From assembly GCA_026995555.1 (NCBI GenBank), contig JALWOJ010000162.1, positions 1-52,286 of the forward strand: a stretch of 52,286 bases of DNA, read 5' to 3'. A model generated the notes under the pieces. The model was not told the origin of the DNA. It ran no database searches and was given only the letters and a program-made list of their open reading frames with translations. Below, piece after piece: positions 1 to 9,987 of the stretch (its first letter is position 1; each line of letters opens with the position of its first letter). This DNA comes from Acidilobaceae archaeon. GTDB taxonomy: Archaea > Thermoproteota > Thermoprotei_A > Sulfolobales > Acidilobaceae. The translations under genes were made by a program, and so were the position numbers.

Positions 1-442
1 GCCTTCTAGGCACCCTTAAACTCCTAATCCTGAATGCCTCTCCTTCAGGAAGCGTCTTCAAAATTTCCTTAACTACCTCCATATGGATCTCGGCCGCAAG
101 TGAAGGTAAAGCTTTTTCAAAAGGCTCCTTTGGACTTAAACTTCTTGGGTCTAGAAGTCTAAGTACCTTAGAGAGAATAACAGGGCTCGAAGGCCCCTTA
201 ACTAAACGAACTCCAAACTTCCTTGAGAGAATAGAAAGATCCTCCTGAAAGTTTCCTGGTACTATTACGACATGCACATCGCTGAGGTCTATTCTCCTTA
301 ATACACTTTCTATAGTATTCAATGTCCAAAAGCTAGGATTTCCCTTAACCTCCAAAATTTCGATTTGTTTTCCATAATCCTTTAGATCGTGTAGGGGGAG
401 TTCGGGACCCCCCTCAGGTTTGAGGATTAATATTTTTGACAA
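1..442 (-). CDS. partial CDS (N-terminal ~147 aa, runs off window start); possibly dihydropteroate-synthase-related protein
   Basis: Own minus-strand translation from TTG at 440-442: LSKILILKPEGGPELPLHDL...HVVIVPGNFQEDLSILSRKFGVRLVKGPSSPVILSKVL... The frame stays open to base 1. It is absent from the ORF track because it is truncated. The family guess is from memory only. Confidence 0.4.
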   Translation of the reverse strand, partial: MSKILILKPEGGPELPLHDLKDYGKQIEILEVKGNPSFWTLNTIESVLRRIDLSDVHVVIVPGNFQEDLSILSRKFGVRLVKGPSSPVILSKVLRLLDPRSLSPKEPFEKALPSLAAEIHMEVVKEILKTLPEGEAFRIRSLRVPRR

Positions 443-523
443 ACGTCACACACCTAAAGCACTCGGCCACCTAATTCCTTTAAGTATCTTTAACCTCTAT
501 GTTAATCAGAGGTGTGGCCCTAG

Positions 524-1702
524 GTGAAAATAGCTTATCTGTCCACATATCCTCCAATACACTGTGGAATAGGAGAATATACAAGATTTTTAGTTACAGC
601 CCTCTCAGGAATTCATCCTAGCGGTAAATATTATATCCTGGCCGAGGAAGGTGTTGGAGAGGAATATATTGATCCTAGTTCTGGAGCTAAGGTAATTCCT
701 ACTTTTAGGAAACAGGATCCGAAAACATTCTATAACATAGCGTCAGTTCTCGAAAAGATAGGGGGTGTTGACATACTTCACGTTCAACATGAATATAGTA
801 TATATTCTGGAGACAGAAGACTGCTTGAAGTTTTAACCGATATAAGGCTTAGGGGCCTTGCAAGAGCTATAGTAGTGACTCTGCATAGCGTTCATCATCC
901 CCTCTCTCCGGATGAAGGGAAATGGAACGCCGTTAGATTCCAGAGGGCGCTACCTGAGCACGTTGATGCTGTTATTGTTCATAGCTCTCCTCAGGAGTTT
1001 GAGCTTCAGAGTCAAGGCCTTCCCTTCACCTTCATCCATAGAATCCCTCATGGAACCTTCGTGAACCCTTACCTTGCCGAACCTAGAATACTCATAGCAA
1101 GGAAGCTTGGTCTAGATCCCTCAAGACTTGAGGGACCGATAATCTCGCTTGCTGGCTTCCTTCACAGACATAAGGGCCTTGACGTTCTTGTTGAGGCCTT
1201 GGACTACATAGGCAATAGGAGGCTCACAGTCATTATAGGTGGCGAGCTTAAGGACCCCTCCATTAAGGAATACTTAGAGAAGATTGACAGAAACAAGCTT
1301 GTCTTCACAGAAAAGTATCTGAGCAGCACCGAGATCCTCTCTATAGCCGCGCTGGCCGATATAATAATCATGCCTTATCATGACATAAGGGGCCTTTACT
1401 CAGTCAGTGGAATTCTTCACCTGTCTATGGGAAGCCTTAAGCCGATCATAGGGACAAGGGTTCCTAAGCTTGTCGAACTCTACAGTTATGCCCCTCGGTT
1501 AACGGTGCCCTCAATGGATCCAAGGGCCCTTGCAGAAAGAATCATATGGACTGTCAAGAACTACGATATAGCTACTGCCTACGCGAGCCAGCTCTACTCC
1601 TACGCTGTAAGAACGGAATGGAGAAGGATGGCCAGAAGACACTTAAGTTTATATAGGGTTCTTCTGAAAAACAACCACGGTAACTCTAGGATTAACCTCT
1701 AA
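524..1702 (+). CDS. glycosyltransferase, GT4/GT1-like
   Basis: 392 aa with a GTG start. The N-terminus MKIAYLSTYPPIHCGIGEYT and the C-terminal Rossmann half (GFLHRHKGLDVLVEA..GGE) are typical of archaeal GT4 enzymes. Confidence 0.75.
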   Translation: MKIAYLSTYPPIHCGIGEYTRFLVTALSGIHPSGKYYILAEEGVGEEYIDPSSGAKVIPTFRKQDPKTFYNIASVLEKIGGVDILHVQHEYSIYSGDRRLLEVLTDIRLRGLARAIVVTLHSVHHPLSPDEGKWNAVRFQRALPEHVDAVIVHSSPQEFELQSQGLPFTFIHRIPHGTFVNPYLAEPRILIARKLGLDPSRLEGPIISLAGFLHRHKGLDVLVEALDYIGNRRLTVIIGGELKDPSIKEYLEKIDRNKLVFTEKYLSSTEILSIAALADIIIMPYHDIRGLYSVSGILHLSMGSLKPIIGTRVPKLVELYSYAPRLTVPSMDPRALAERIIWTVKNYDIATAYASQLYSYAVRTEWRRMARRHLSLYRVLLKNNHGNSRINL

Positions 1703-1716
1703 TAACTCCCCCCTAT

Positions 1717-2844
1717 ATGAAGAACTTCTCTGGGTTTGAGGGAGGAGTAAAGGTTTTGGACGTTGAAAAACTAATACCTAAAGCCCTGGGCCTCGACGAA
1801 GTTAAAAAGCTTAGAAGGTATGAGACCGTTGATATAGCTAAGAGGCTGGGGGTCATACCTCCTGAAGGTCTGGTCATTGATGGATTTCCAAACTCAAACC
1901 CTCATACAGTCTTTAACCCCTCAATGCTGTTGAGCGAGGAGGTAGTAGAGGTTTTTGGAAGGATAATAATGGGATATTATAAATATGTCTCGGCGATCGT
2001 TTCAATAAAGGTTCCACTCGACGTTATAGTTTCTGGAGAGCTTGAACAGCAGAGGTTTAGGGCAAAGCCCATCTTATTGCCCAACACAAAATATGACTTT
2101 TGGGGCGTTGAGGATCCAAGGGCTTACAGGATAGGAGGAAGGGACTTCCTAACATATACCGGGAGAACGAAGGCTTACTTCTTAGATGAGAGTCCTTCCA
2201 AAGGTCTTCTCAGAAACGTTCCAATAACGGCATATAGAAGTGATGGTACGTGGAAGAAAGCGTTTGTTCATATACCTCCAGAACCTTTAAATAAGATCGC
2301 CGAAAGTGACAAGAATTCCTTTATAGTTCATGAGGATGGAACGCTACACTTCTTCCATAGACCAAGCTTAAGAAATGGAGAAAAGCCCCTCTTAGTTAGC
2401 AAGCTTCCTGATAATCCCCTGGAAGACCTTGATGGACCCAAAGAGCTCCTCTCAAAAGATCCTGTTGTGGCCCTTGAGAGGGGAGATTATGAGGAAAAGA
2501 TAGGGTGGGGACCAGCACCGCTCAGACTTAAAAACAAGGATTACCTCTTCCTGCTTCATGGTGTTGATAAAGACCTTACAGTTTATCGAGTGTTTGCTGC
2601 TATTCTAGAGATCGATGGAGATGATGTTGTGGTAAAGGCTGTGACCCCAAGATATATCATGGAGCCTAGGGAGAGGTATGAGGTCTTTGGCGACAGGCCT
2701 TACACGATCTACCCCTGCGGTCTCGTTAAAGTTTCTAAAAACGATCTGTTGGTCTCCTATGGAGCCGGAGACTATGCTATGGCCTTCGCGCTTATAAACC
2801 TAGATGAACTTCTAGGGGAGCTTGATAGAGGAAGAATATTTTAA
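1717..2844 (+). CDS. GH130-like glycosidase/phosphorylase (DUF377-type)
   Basis: 375 aa with motifs FNPS, GVEDPRAY, LTYTGRT and SYGAGDYAMAFA, resembling the GH130 beta-propeller family. It lies 14 nt downstream of the GT4 gene. Confidence 0.6.
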   Translation: MKNFSGFEGGVKVLDVEKLIPKALGLDEVKKLRRYETVDIAKRLGVIPPEGLVIDGFPNSNPHTVFNPSMLLSEEVVEVFGRIIMGYYKYVSAIVSIKVPLDVIVSGELEQQRFRAKPILLPNTKYDFWGVEDPRAYRIGGRDFLTYTGRTKAYFLDESPSKGLLRNVPITAYRSDGTWKKAFVHIPPEPLNKIAESDKNSFIVHEDGTLHFFHRPSLRNGEKPLLVSKLPDNPLEDLDGPKELLSKDPVVALERGDYEEKIGWGPAPLRLKNKDYLFLLHGVDKDLTVYRVFAAILEIDGDDVVVKAVTPRYIMEPRERYEVFGDRPYTIYPCGLVKVSKNDLLVSYGAGDYAMAFALINLDELLGELDRGRIF

Positions 2845-3437
2845 ATGAACTCTATCCCATCAACGCTTCTGACTACTATTCCTTTGTAAAGCCAGTTGAC
2901 CTGCCTGAGTGTTGCATGTAGGTCAAATTCTGTCAGGGCGCTTATGCCATCAATTGGTATGATCACCTTGTACCATCTGAGAGCGGCACTTGCTGCTGTA
3001 TGAAGCACACAGATGTTCGCTACAGTTCCGACTATGACAAGGTTCTTTATATTATAGATCCTAAGCAGATCGTCAAGAGGCGTCCCGTAGAATCCATCGT
3101 ACCTAGTTTTCTGGATCACTACGTCATTAGGTTGAGGCTTTAGCTCATCAACTATCTCCCATCCCCAAGTTCCGTACTTTACATGCTCGCCCCAAATTTC
3201 GTACTCAGGATCTCCCTCATAATGGGTGTCCTGGGTGTAGAAGATTCTGACGTTCTTACTCCTTGCCCTAGATAATAACCTCTTAATAGGATCTATTGTC
3301 TTCGGAGCTGTAGGAACGAAAAGCTTTCCCTTGGAATTCACAAAATCGTTTTGCATATCAATAACTATTACGGCTGTAGCCTTCGAAGGGAGTTGAACTC
3401 TATCAACAACCTCATACTCAGGTACCTCAACCTTCAT
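2841..3437 (-). CDS. pncA: nicotinamidase / isochorismatase-family cysteine hydrolase
   Basis: 198 aa. VIVIDMQNDF (Asp), QDTHYEGDPEYEIWGEH (metal-binding D/H/H) and GTVANICV (catalytic Cys) follow the PncA pattern. Confidence 0.8.
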   Translation of the reverse strand: MKVEVPEYEVVDRVQLPSKATAVIVIDMQNDFVNSKGKLFVPTAPKTIDPIKRLLSRARSKNVRIFYTQDTHYEGDPEYEIWGEHVKYGTWGWEIVDELKPQPNDVVIQKTRYDGFYGTPLDDLLRIYNIKNLVIVGTVANICVLHTAASAALRWYKVIIPIDGISALTEFDLHATLRQVNWLYKGIVVRSVDGIEFI

Positions 3438-3668
3438 GGGATATCATCCTCCACTATAAGGGTCTTTTTGTCCCCTAAGGTAATAAATGAAATAAGAATT
3501 AAAGGGTAATTTAGATATGCTTATCCTATCGAAAACTTATGACCTTCCAGCCTAGCCTGCTCATCATGGCTCAGAGCCGGCAATCTTTGGCATCGGTCAT
3601 CTGAACATATTAAAGACAAAGAGCTTTATTTTTGCAACCTTGGCATCATATGCTATGGTAGACGGGAA

Positions 3669-5231
3669 TTGAACTTCAGACAGGCAAAATGGGATGAGCC
3701 CATTATATTTGAACTGGGCAGCTCAGGAAGAAGAGGCTTCATAGTTCCAGACGTTGAAGACGAAATCAGAAAGGTCCTCGGAGAAATTAAGATACCAGAG
3801 GAGATCCTAAGAAAAGATCCTCCAAACCTTCCTGAGCTTAGTGAGGTTGAGGTTGCCAGACACTTCATAAGGCTCTCCGAGATGTCCTACGGAATTGATT
3901 CTGGTCCAGTTCCCCTTGGAAGCTGCACGATGAAGTACAATCCTAAGCTCATGCTGAAGTATATAGAGGATCCTAGAATAACTCTTCTGCATCCTCTTCA
4001 GGACGAGGAGACGGTTCAAGGCATCTTAGAAATCATGTATTACCTTCAAAGGTGGCTAGCAAACATAGTGGGTATGGACCTGTGTACCTTGCATCCGGCT
4101 GCCGGAGCTCAGGGGGAGCTAACGGGAGTCATAACGATAAGAAGGTACCATGACCTTAAAGGACAGGAGCATAAAGATGAGATTATAGTTCCAGATAGCG
4201 CTCATGGAACAAATCCTGCAAGCGCTTCAATGGGGGGCTTTAAGGTTGTAGAAATACCTACCTCTCCCGATGGTAATGTTGACCTTGAGGCACTAGAGGC
4301 TGCTATAAGTGATAGAACTGCCGGGCTCATGCTCACCAATCCAAGCACCTTAGGACTTTTTGAGGAGAACATATTAACAATAGCTGAACTTGTCCATAAA
4401 GTTGACGGACTTCTTTATTATGATGGAGCAAACCTTAATGGAATAATGGGATATGTGAGACCCGGAGATATGGGATTTGACATAGCTCACATAAACATCC
4501 ATAAGACCTTCTCATCCCCACATGGAGGAGGAGGCCCAGGAGCAGGTCCTGTATGCTTTAAAAATAAAACAGTTAAGGGGGACATAAGGCTTGGAGACAT
4601 AATTCCTGGTCCTATAGTTGTTAAGGACAGAAATGGCAACTATAAAATCCAGATGCCCAAATATGCTCCGGGAAGGCTCAGGGCATTTACAGCAAATGTT
4701 GGACCGCTCGTGTGGGGTTTCATCTACATATTAGCCCTAGGTCCTCAGGGCCTTAAGGAGGTCACAGAGACTGCTGTGCTCAACACTAATTACTTCATGA
4801 AGTTCCTCGAGAAGCTCGGAGCTAAGGGCTACACTCTAACTCATGGTCAGGAAAGGTTCAGGAAACACGAAACTGTGCTAAGTGCTGAACCTCTAAAAAA
4901 GGAAACTGGAGTCACAGCGGAGGATGTGGCCAAGGGACTTCTTGATAGGGGCTTCTATGCACCAACCATATACTTCCCCTTGATAGTTCCTGAAGCCTTA
5001 ATGATAGAGTTTACAGAGACCGAAACAAAAGAGAACCTTGAAGCTTATGCAAGGGCCTTAAAAGAAATAGAAGATGAGGCGAGGAAAGAGCCATCTAAAG
5101 CAAAAATGAGGCCTTTGAATACGAGCGTGAGAAGAATAGATAACGTTAAGGCCAACCATCCAAGAAGCGTGACCCCCTCATGGCGCGTTAAGGTTCTCAG
5201 AGATAAAGGCCTCTTAGGAGCTTTAAGATAA
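3669..5231 (+). CDS. gcvPB: glycine dehydrogenase (decarboxylating) subunit 2
   Basis: 520 aa. N-terminus NFRQAKWDEPIIFEL and PLP-lysine context HINIHKTFSSPHGGGGPG. TTG start at 3669, with an in-frame TAG just upstream. Confidence 0.9.
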   Translation: MNFRQAKWDEPIIFELGSSGRRGFIVPDVEDEIRKVLGEIKIPEEILRKDPPNLPELSEVEVARHFIRLSEMSYGIDSGPVPLGSCTMKYNPKLMLKYIEDPRITLLHPLQDEETVQGILEIMYYLQRWLANIVGMDLCTLHPAAGAQGELTGVITIRRYHDLKGQEHKDEIIVPDSAHGTNPASASMGGFKVVEIPTSPDGNVDLEALEAAISDRTAGLMLTNPSTLGLFEENILTIAELVHKVDGLLYYDGANLNGIMGYVRPGDMGFDIAHINIHKTFSSPHGGGGPGAGPVCFKNKTVKGDIRLGDIIPGPIVVKDRNGNYKIQMPKYAPGRLRAFTANVGPLVWGFIYILALGPQGLKEVTETAVLNTNYFMKFLEKLGAKGYTLTHGQERFRKHETVLSAEPLKKETGVTAEDVAKGLLDRGFYAPTIYFPLIVPEALMIEFTETETKENLEAYARALKEIEDEARKEPSKAKMRPLNTSVRRIDNVKANHPRSVTPSWRVKVLRDKGLLGALR

Positions 5232-5351
5232 AGTTATGTTCTTTTTGAAAGATTTTAAAGTTGGTTAATTTTTTAGGCTAACACCACAACTGAAGAGACA
5301 TAGGCTAGAGTAACAAGGCCACTGTCAGCTGAAGCCTAGGGTGATGATGTC

Positions 5352-7223
5352 ATGGGCAACAATAATAACAGCTCGTGGCTAAAATCGTTATCTAAGCTTG
5401 CATATTCTGAAAGATGGTTAGTTATTTCAACAATAATAGGTTTAGGAGCTGGTTACTTCGCTTATGCGTTCTACTTACTTCTCCACTATACAGAAGGTTT
5501 CATAGCGTGGCTCCTTGGAATAAATAACAAACCTTTCGGCTTCCTTTATGATATAGCCCTCACGGCTGTTGAACATGAAATGAGAAACCCCCTCGTCATA
5601 GCGCTTGTAGTAGCTGGAGCTGCAATAAGCTCTTACCTGGTTTATACCTATGCGCCTGAAGCAGAGGGTCATGGAACCGATGCTGCAATAAGCGCTTTTC
5701 ACAAGAGAGCCGCAATAATTGAATTGAAAGTTCCTCTGATTAAGGCTGCAGCCTCTGCTGCAACGATAGGCTTTGGAGGTAGTGGAGGAGTTGAGGGTCC
5801 TAGTGCACAGATGGGTGCAGGAATCGCGTCAGTCTTAGCCAGAAAGGTTCTAAAACTACCTTTTCAGGCCAGGAGGATCGCGTTAGTTTCTGGAATAGCT
5901 GCAGCTCTTTCCGTTCTCTTCAGAGCTCCTATAGGAACTGCACTCTTCGCCGTTGAAGTGCTTTATAAGAGGGATTTCGAGGCACAGGCCTTCATACCAG
6001 CGGTAATAGCTTCGAGCATTGCCTATGCCGCTACAGCCCCCCTTTATCATTTCAAACCCCTTCTGCCAGAAATACATGAGAACCTTGCCACACTTTACAG
6101 TCCGAGAGGTTTGCTTGCTTTAATAATAATGGGTGCTTTCATAGCCCCCTTCTCTCTGTTCTATGTAAGGCTCTTCTATAAAGTAAGGGATGTGTTTGAT
6201 GACCTGGTTAAGAAGAAGGGAATGAGCGTCTACGCAAAGCCTATTTTAGGAGGCCTCGTGACTGGAATCATAGCACTTTGGGTCCCACATGTCTTAGGTC
6301 CTGGAAAAGGCCTTCTCTCTCACTTCTTAGAGTTCGGTGAGATGGGAGAACTGGGCAAATTAGGGTACTTCAAGCTCTTCGGACTTCCTCTATGGCTTTC
6401 ATTAATGTTAATAGGAATACTGAAGATAGCTGCCACCAGCTTTTCTATAGGTTCTGGAGGTAGCGGAGGAGTCTTCGCCCCAAGTATCCTTGCAGGGGCT
6501 TTAGTAGGAGCTAGCTATGGATATTTGATAGGTTCGAAGATCGCTCCGATAACTCCTACAGTTTACGCCTATATAGGTATGGCAGCCTTCTTCGGTGCCG
6601 CGGCAAACGTTCCCTTTGCAACCTCAATAATGGTTGCTGAGATGGGAAGAAACTATCTCCTCATAGTTCCGTCATTAATAGCCGCGATCGTTTCAAGAGA
6701 GCTCACAGGAGAGTATAGCATTTATGAGTCCCAGTTAAAGGAAAGGCTTCGCACCGAGATAGTCGGGGCTGAGGGCCTGCTAAACATTATAAAGACTAAG
6801 GGCCTTAAGATCGATCTGCTTGCAAAGCACTTGGTCAATCGCAGGGTAAGGCCTGTTAACGAGGACTCACTCTTGGTTGATGCCATAGAGGACCTAACGA
6901 GGCACAGGGTGAGGGCAGTTCCAATCGTCGATAAGAACGGGAAGGTTGTGGCTGTTATAGACGAATCCGATCTGCCGTCAATGCTTCACGTCCTCGAGAA
7001 ACAGCCCGAGATAACAGTTGGGTTTGTACAGCTTAAGAGCCCGCCCATAGTTACTGGAGACACTCCTATAGATCAGGTTCTTGAGGAAATGATAAATTAC
7101 GGGACGGACTATGTCATAGTTACTGAAAACGGTAAGTATGTGGGGATAGTTACCGTTGAGGACGTCATATTAGCACTTTCCCACATAGTTCACGAACAGC
7201 TAGCAAGCTTAAAGTCTCAATGA
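5352..7223 (+). CDS. ClC-family chloride channel/antiporter with C-terminal CBS pair
   Basis: 623 aa, multi-TM, with GFGGSGGVEGP and GSGGSGGVFAPS selectivity-filter-like motifs. The C-terminal ~150 aa have a tandem CBS pattern (VRAVPIVDKNGKVVAVIDESDL, DYVIVTENGKYVGIVTVEDV). Confidence 0.9.
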   Translation: MGNNNNSSWLKSLSKLAYSERWLVISTIIGLGAGYFAYAFYLLLHYTEGFIAWLLGINNKPFGFLYDIALTAVEHEMRNPLVIALVVAGAAISSYLVYTYAPEAEGHGTDAAISAFHKRAAIIELKVPLIKAAASAATIGFGGSGGVEGPSAQMGAGIASVLARKVLKLPFQARRIALVSGIAAALSVLFRAPIGTALFAVEVLYKRDFEAQAFIPAVIASSIAYAATAPLYHFKPLLPEIHENLATLYSPRGLLALIIMGAFIAPFSLFYVRLFYKVRDVFDDLVKKKGMSVYAKPILGGLVTGIIALWVPHVLGPGKGLLSHFLEFGEMGELGKLGYFKLFGLPLWLSLMLIGILKIAATSFSIGSGGSGGVFAPSILAGALVGASYGYLIGSKIAPITPTVYAYIGMAAFFGAAANVPFATSIMVAEMGRNYLLIVPSLIAAIVSRELTGEYSIYESQLKERLRTEIVGAEGLLNIIKTKGLKIDLLAKHLVNRRVRPVNEDSLLVDAIEDLTRHRVRAVPIVDKNGKVVAVIDESDLPSMLHVLEKQPEITVGFVQLKSPPIVTGDTPIDQVLEEMINYGTDYVIVTENGKYVGIVTVEDVILALSHIVHEQLASLKSQ

Positions 7224-7226
7224 ACT

Positions 7227-7910
7227 TTATGAACCTTCCTTCCATCCATATTTACCTACAAGCGGAACAAAAAGGACCTCGATGTCCTTTTTAATGGTAA
7301 CCTTTCCATCAGAACTCTTCTCAACGATAATTAAACTCTGCTCCCACATAGAGCCCACGGGAATAATCATTATCCCTCCAGGCTTAAGTTGCCTTATGAG
7401 AGGCTCTGGCACTTTTGGGGCTGCAGCTGTCACGATTATCCTATCATAAGGTGCCTCATCCTTAAAACCCTCAGTTCCATCACCAATTATAATAGTAACC
7501 CTGTCCAGGTAACCTGTTTTCCTCAGGTTCTCCTTTGCATACTCGGCAAGCTGAGGTATCCTTTCAACAGTATATACGTGCCCCCATTTCTCCTTAGGAA
7601 CATCCTTTGGTGCAACTATTTCAGCTAATATAGCTGCCTGATACCCACTACCGGTTCCCACCTCCAAAACCTTATGTCCAATATCGACTTTTAGCAGCTC
7701 AGTCATGTACGCAACTATGCTAGGGGCGCTTATTGTTTGACCATGACCTATTGGCAAGGGCCTGTCAGTGTAAGCAAGATCTCTATACTCTTTTGGAACA
7801 AAAAGTTCCCTAGGAACGCTCAACATGGCCTTTTCAACCTTTTCCGAAAGTATATAGCCCTCCTCCTTTAATGATAAAATAAGCCTTCTTCTCTTCTCCT
7901 CAAAGCTCAA
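7227..7910 (-). CDS. pcm: protein-L-isoaspartate O-methyltransferase
   Basis: 227 aa. GHGQTISAPSIVAYM and the SAM motif VLEVGTGSGYQAAILAE. Confidence 0.9.
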   Translation of the reverse strand: MSFEEKRRRLILSLKEEGYILSEKVEKAMLSVPRELFVPKEYRDLAYTDRPLPIGHGQTISAPSIVAYMTELLKVDIGHKVLEVGTGSGYQAAILAEIVAPKDVPKEKWGHVYTVERIPQLAEYAKENLRKTGYLDRVTIIIGDGTEGFKDEAPYDRIIVTAAAPKVPEPLIRQLKPGGIMIIPVGSMWEQSLIIVEKSSDGKVTIKKDIEVLFVPLVGKYGWKEGS

Positions 7911-7934
7911 CTCCCTTCATCAACTATATCTGTT

Positions 7935-8426
7935 ATGTTGCTTGAGGTTAAATTTGGTGAGAGGTCTTTGGAGGAATTTTCGACCAAGTGGTTCAAGTTT
8001 ACTGCAAAGGGTCATGAAAACATTAAGGCACTTCATGAGACCACATTTGAAATAACAAAAGACGACTACCTGACCCCACGGGGCGATTGCATAATAGGAA
8101 TCAGATCTGAAGCTTCAGCTAGTGATCTTCCAGAGTGGCTCAAGCAGGGGATTAGATCTGAGGGCCTAATCTTAGTAATCATATGTAGTGAAGGTATTTG
8201 CGACTCAATTGTAGGATATGGAAGTCATGAGATGCAACTTAACGATCCTAGAAAAATGGTGTTCAGAAAGAGTGACTACATAGGGCCAGAAACTGTAATG
8301 ATAAGAGCTTCCAAGGCTGCAAGGGATATTAAAAGAGAGCTTATTGAAAGGCTCAAAAGGGGTTCAAGGCTTGAGGTCTTTATAACAGTTCTTAACAGGG
8401 ACCTATGGTTTAAAAAGAAATTATGA
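7935..8426 (+). CDS. DUF371-domain protein
   Basis: 163 aa. AKGHENIKALHETTFEITKDDYLTPRGDCIIG matches the conserved DUF371 core as I remember it. The start is uncertain. Confidence 0.65.
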   Translation: MLLEVKFGERSLEEFSTKWFKFTAKGHENIKALHETTFEITKDDYLTPRGDCIIGIRSEASASDLPEWLKQGIRSEGLILVIICSEGICDSIVGYGSHEMQLNDPRKMVFRKSDYIGPETVMIRASKAARDIKRELIERLKRGSRLEVFITVLNRDLWFKKKL

Positions 8427-8520
8427 ATGAAAACATTAATAATGTATATAAACAAAACTATGAAATCAGATTTCTAGTCTTCATTAGTCAGAGGTAAGAG
8501 AGAGGGAGGCAGATCAGATC

Positions 8521-9981
8521 TTGAGTCAAGAAGTTGATAGGAGAATATATGAGCATCCCATCCTAAAGTTTGAGAGAAGAAGGCCTATGTACATATTCTT
8601 TGAGGGAAAGAAAATTAAGGCCTACGAAAATGAGACTGTGGCAGCAGCGCTCTATGCCGCAGGGGTCATTCAGTTCAGCTACAGCGCAAAGTATCATAGA
8701 CCAAGAGGACCTTTCTGCATGATAGGCAAATGTAGTCAATGTTTAATGAGAGTTAACGGCATACCCCATGTGAGAACTTGCATAACCCCCGTGGAAGACG
8801 GAATGGTTGTTGAATTTGAGCATGCTCATGATGCAGACCTCCCAACGCCTAAGCAACCAATTCATGTTGAAAAGAAGAATCTTGATTATGACGTTGTCAT
8901 AGTGGGGTCAGGGCCAGCTGGTTTAAGCGCTGCCATACAGGCGGCCAAGGCTGGAGCTAAGGTGGCCGTCCTAGACCAGAGCCCTGTACTTGGAGGACAA
9001 TTAATAAAGCAAACCCACAAGTTCTTCGGAACCAAGGAGAGTTTTGCTGGAACACGAGGCGTTGAAATAGCTAAGATGCTTGTCGATGAAATAAAGGACT
9101 ATGACGAAAACATAGATGTGTACCCCTCAACACAGGCAATAGGATACTTCAGAAGGGAGAAGGTTCTTGTAGCGTTCCAAACAAAGTCCTTAGGAAAGTA
9201 CACCCTTCTAAACCTTAAAGGTAAGAGCTATGTAGTTGCAACTGGGGCTATGGAGAGAAGCCTTGTCTTCCCTGGAAACGATCTCCCAGGAGTCATGGGA
9301 GCTGGCGCGGCACAGACCCTAATGAATGTCTTCGGGATAAGGCCTGCCGAGGAACCACTAATAATAGGCGCAGGAAACGTCGGAGTAATCATAGCCTATC
9401 AGGCTGCACAGGCTGGAATAAAGGTGAAGGCGGTAATTGACATACTTCCAAAGACAGCCGCTTATCTGGTACATGCAGCAAAGATTAGGAGAATGGGCAT
9501 ACCAATTCTCATGAGACACACTATTCAGGAAGCATACGGCAACGGAAAGGTGGAGGGAGCAGTAATATATGAGGTTGACGACAAGTTCAGGAAGATACCC
9601 GGAAGCGAGAAGGACATTGAAGTTGATGGAGTTTGGCTCGCTGTAGGTCTTACACCTAGCGTTGAAGTTTTAGAGCTCATGGGCGCCCAGCTGAGGTTTG
9701 TACCAGAGCTAGGAGGTTATGTGCCTCTAAGAACCCCATTCCTTGAAACTACTGTCAGCAACGTCTATGTCGCTGGCGACGCCTCCTGTATAGAGGAGGC
9801 CAGCACTGCAATGATGGAAGGGAAGATTGCAGGGGCATCAGCAGCCCTTAAGATAGGCTTTAAGAATGAGGAGCTTGAGAAGGAAAGAAAAGCTGCGATA
9901 AAGTGGCTTGAGGAGTTTAGGTCGAGTCCTCACTACTCTAGAATTAAACAAGGTCTTCAGAAGGTTCTTATTCAGGGGTGA
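8521..9981 (+). CDS. FAD/NAD(P)-binding oxidoreductase, alpha-like subunit of heterotetrameric proline-dehydrogenase / sarcosine-oxidase-like complex
   Basis: 486 aa. N-terminal Cys cluster (CMIGKCSQCLMRVNG..C) and two Rossmann motifs (VVIVGSGPAGLSAA, LIIGAGNVGVIIAY). First of four tightly packed or overlapping genes. Confidence 0.75.
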   Translation: MSQEVDRRIYEHPILKFERRRPMYIFFEGKKIKAYENETVAAALYAAGVIQFSYSAKYHRPRGPFCMIGKCSQCLMRVNGIPHVRTCITPVEDGMVVEFEHAHDADLPTPKQPIHVEKKNLDYDVVIVGSGPAGLSAAIQAAKAGAKVAVLDQSPVLGGQLIKQTHKFFGTKESFAGTRGVEIAKMLVDEIKDYDENIDVYPSTQAIGYFRREKVLVAFQTKSLGKYTLLNLKGKSYVVATGAMERSLVFPGNDLPGVMGAGAAQTLMNVFGIRPAEEPLIIGAGNVGVIIAYQAAQAGIKVKAVIDILPKTAAYLVHAAKIRRMGIPILMRHTIQEAYGNGKVEGAVIYEVDDKFRKIPGSEKDIEVDGVWLAVGLTPSVEVLELMGAQLRFVPELGGYVPLRTPFLETTVSNVYVAGDASCIEEASTAMMEGKIAGASAALKIGFKNEELEKERKAAIKWLEEFRSSPHYSRIKQGLQKVLIQG

Positions 9982-9987
9982 GACGAA

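Noticed and set aside
3438-3668. Glycine riboswitch or other leader RNA upstream of gcvPB
   Set aside because: I saw no paired-aptamer-like structure. Glycine riboswitches are not known in archaea, and the region is AT-rich and promoter-like.
3653-4019. Two antisense ORFs (71 and 70 aa) inside gcvPB
   Set aside because: They are fully embedded opposite a strongly conserved gene and are Ser/Leu-rich shadow frames.
5336-5410. C/D-box sRNA suggested by GTGATGA at 5340-5346
   Set aside because: The C-box-like heptamer sits 6 nt before the ClC start codon. I saw no internal D'/C' boxes or terminal stem, and the only downstream CTGA lies inside the CDS.
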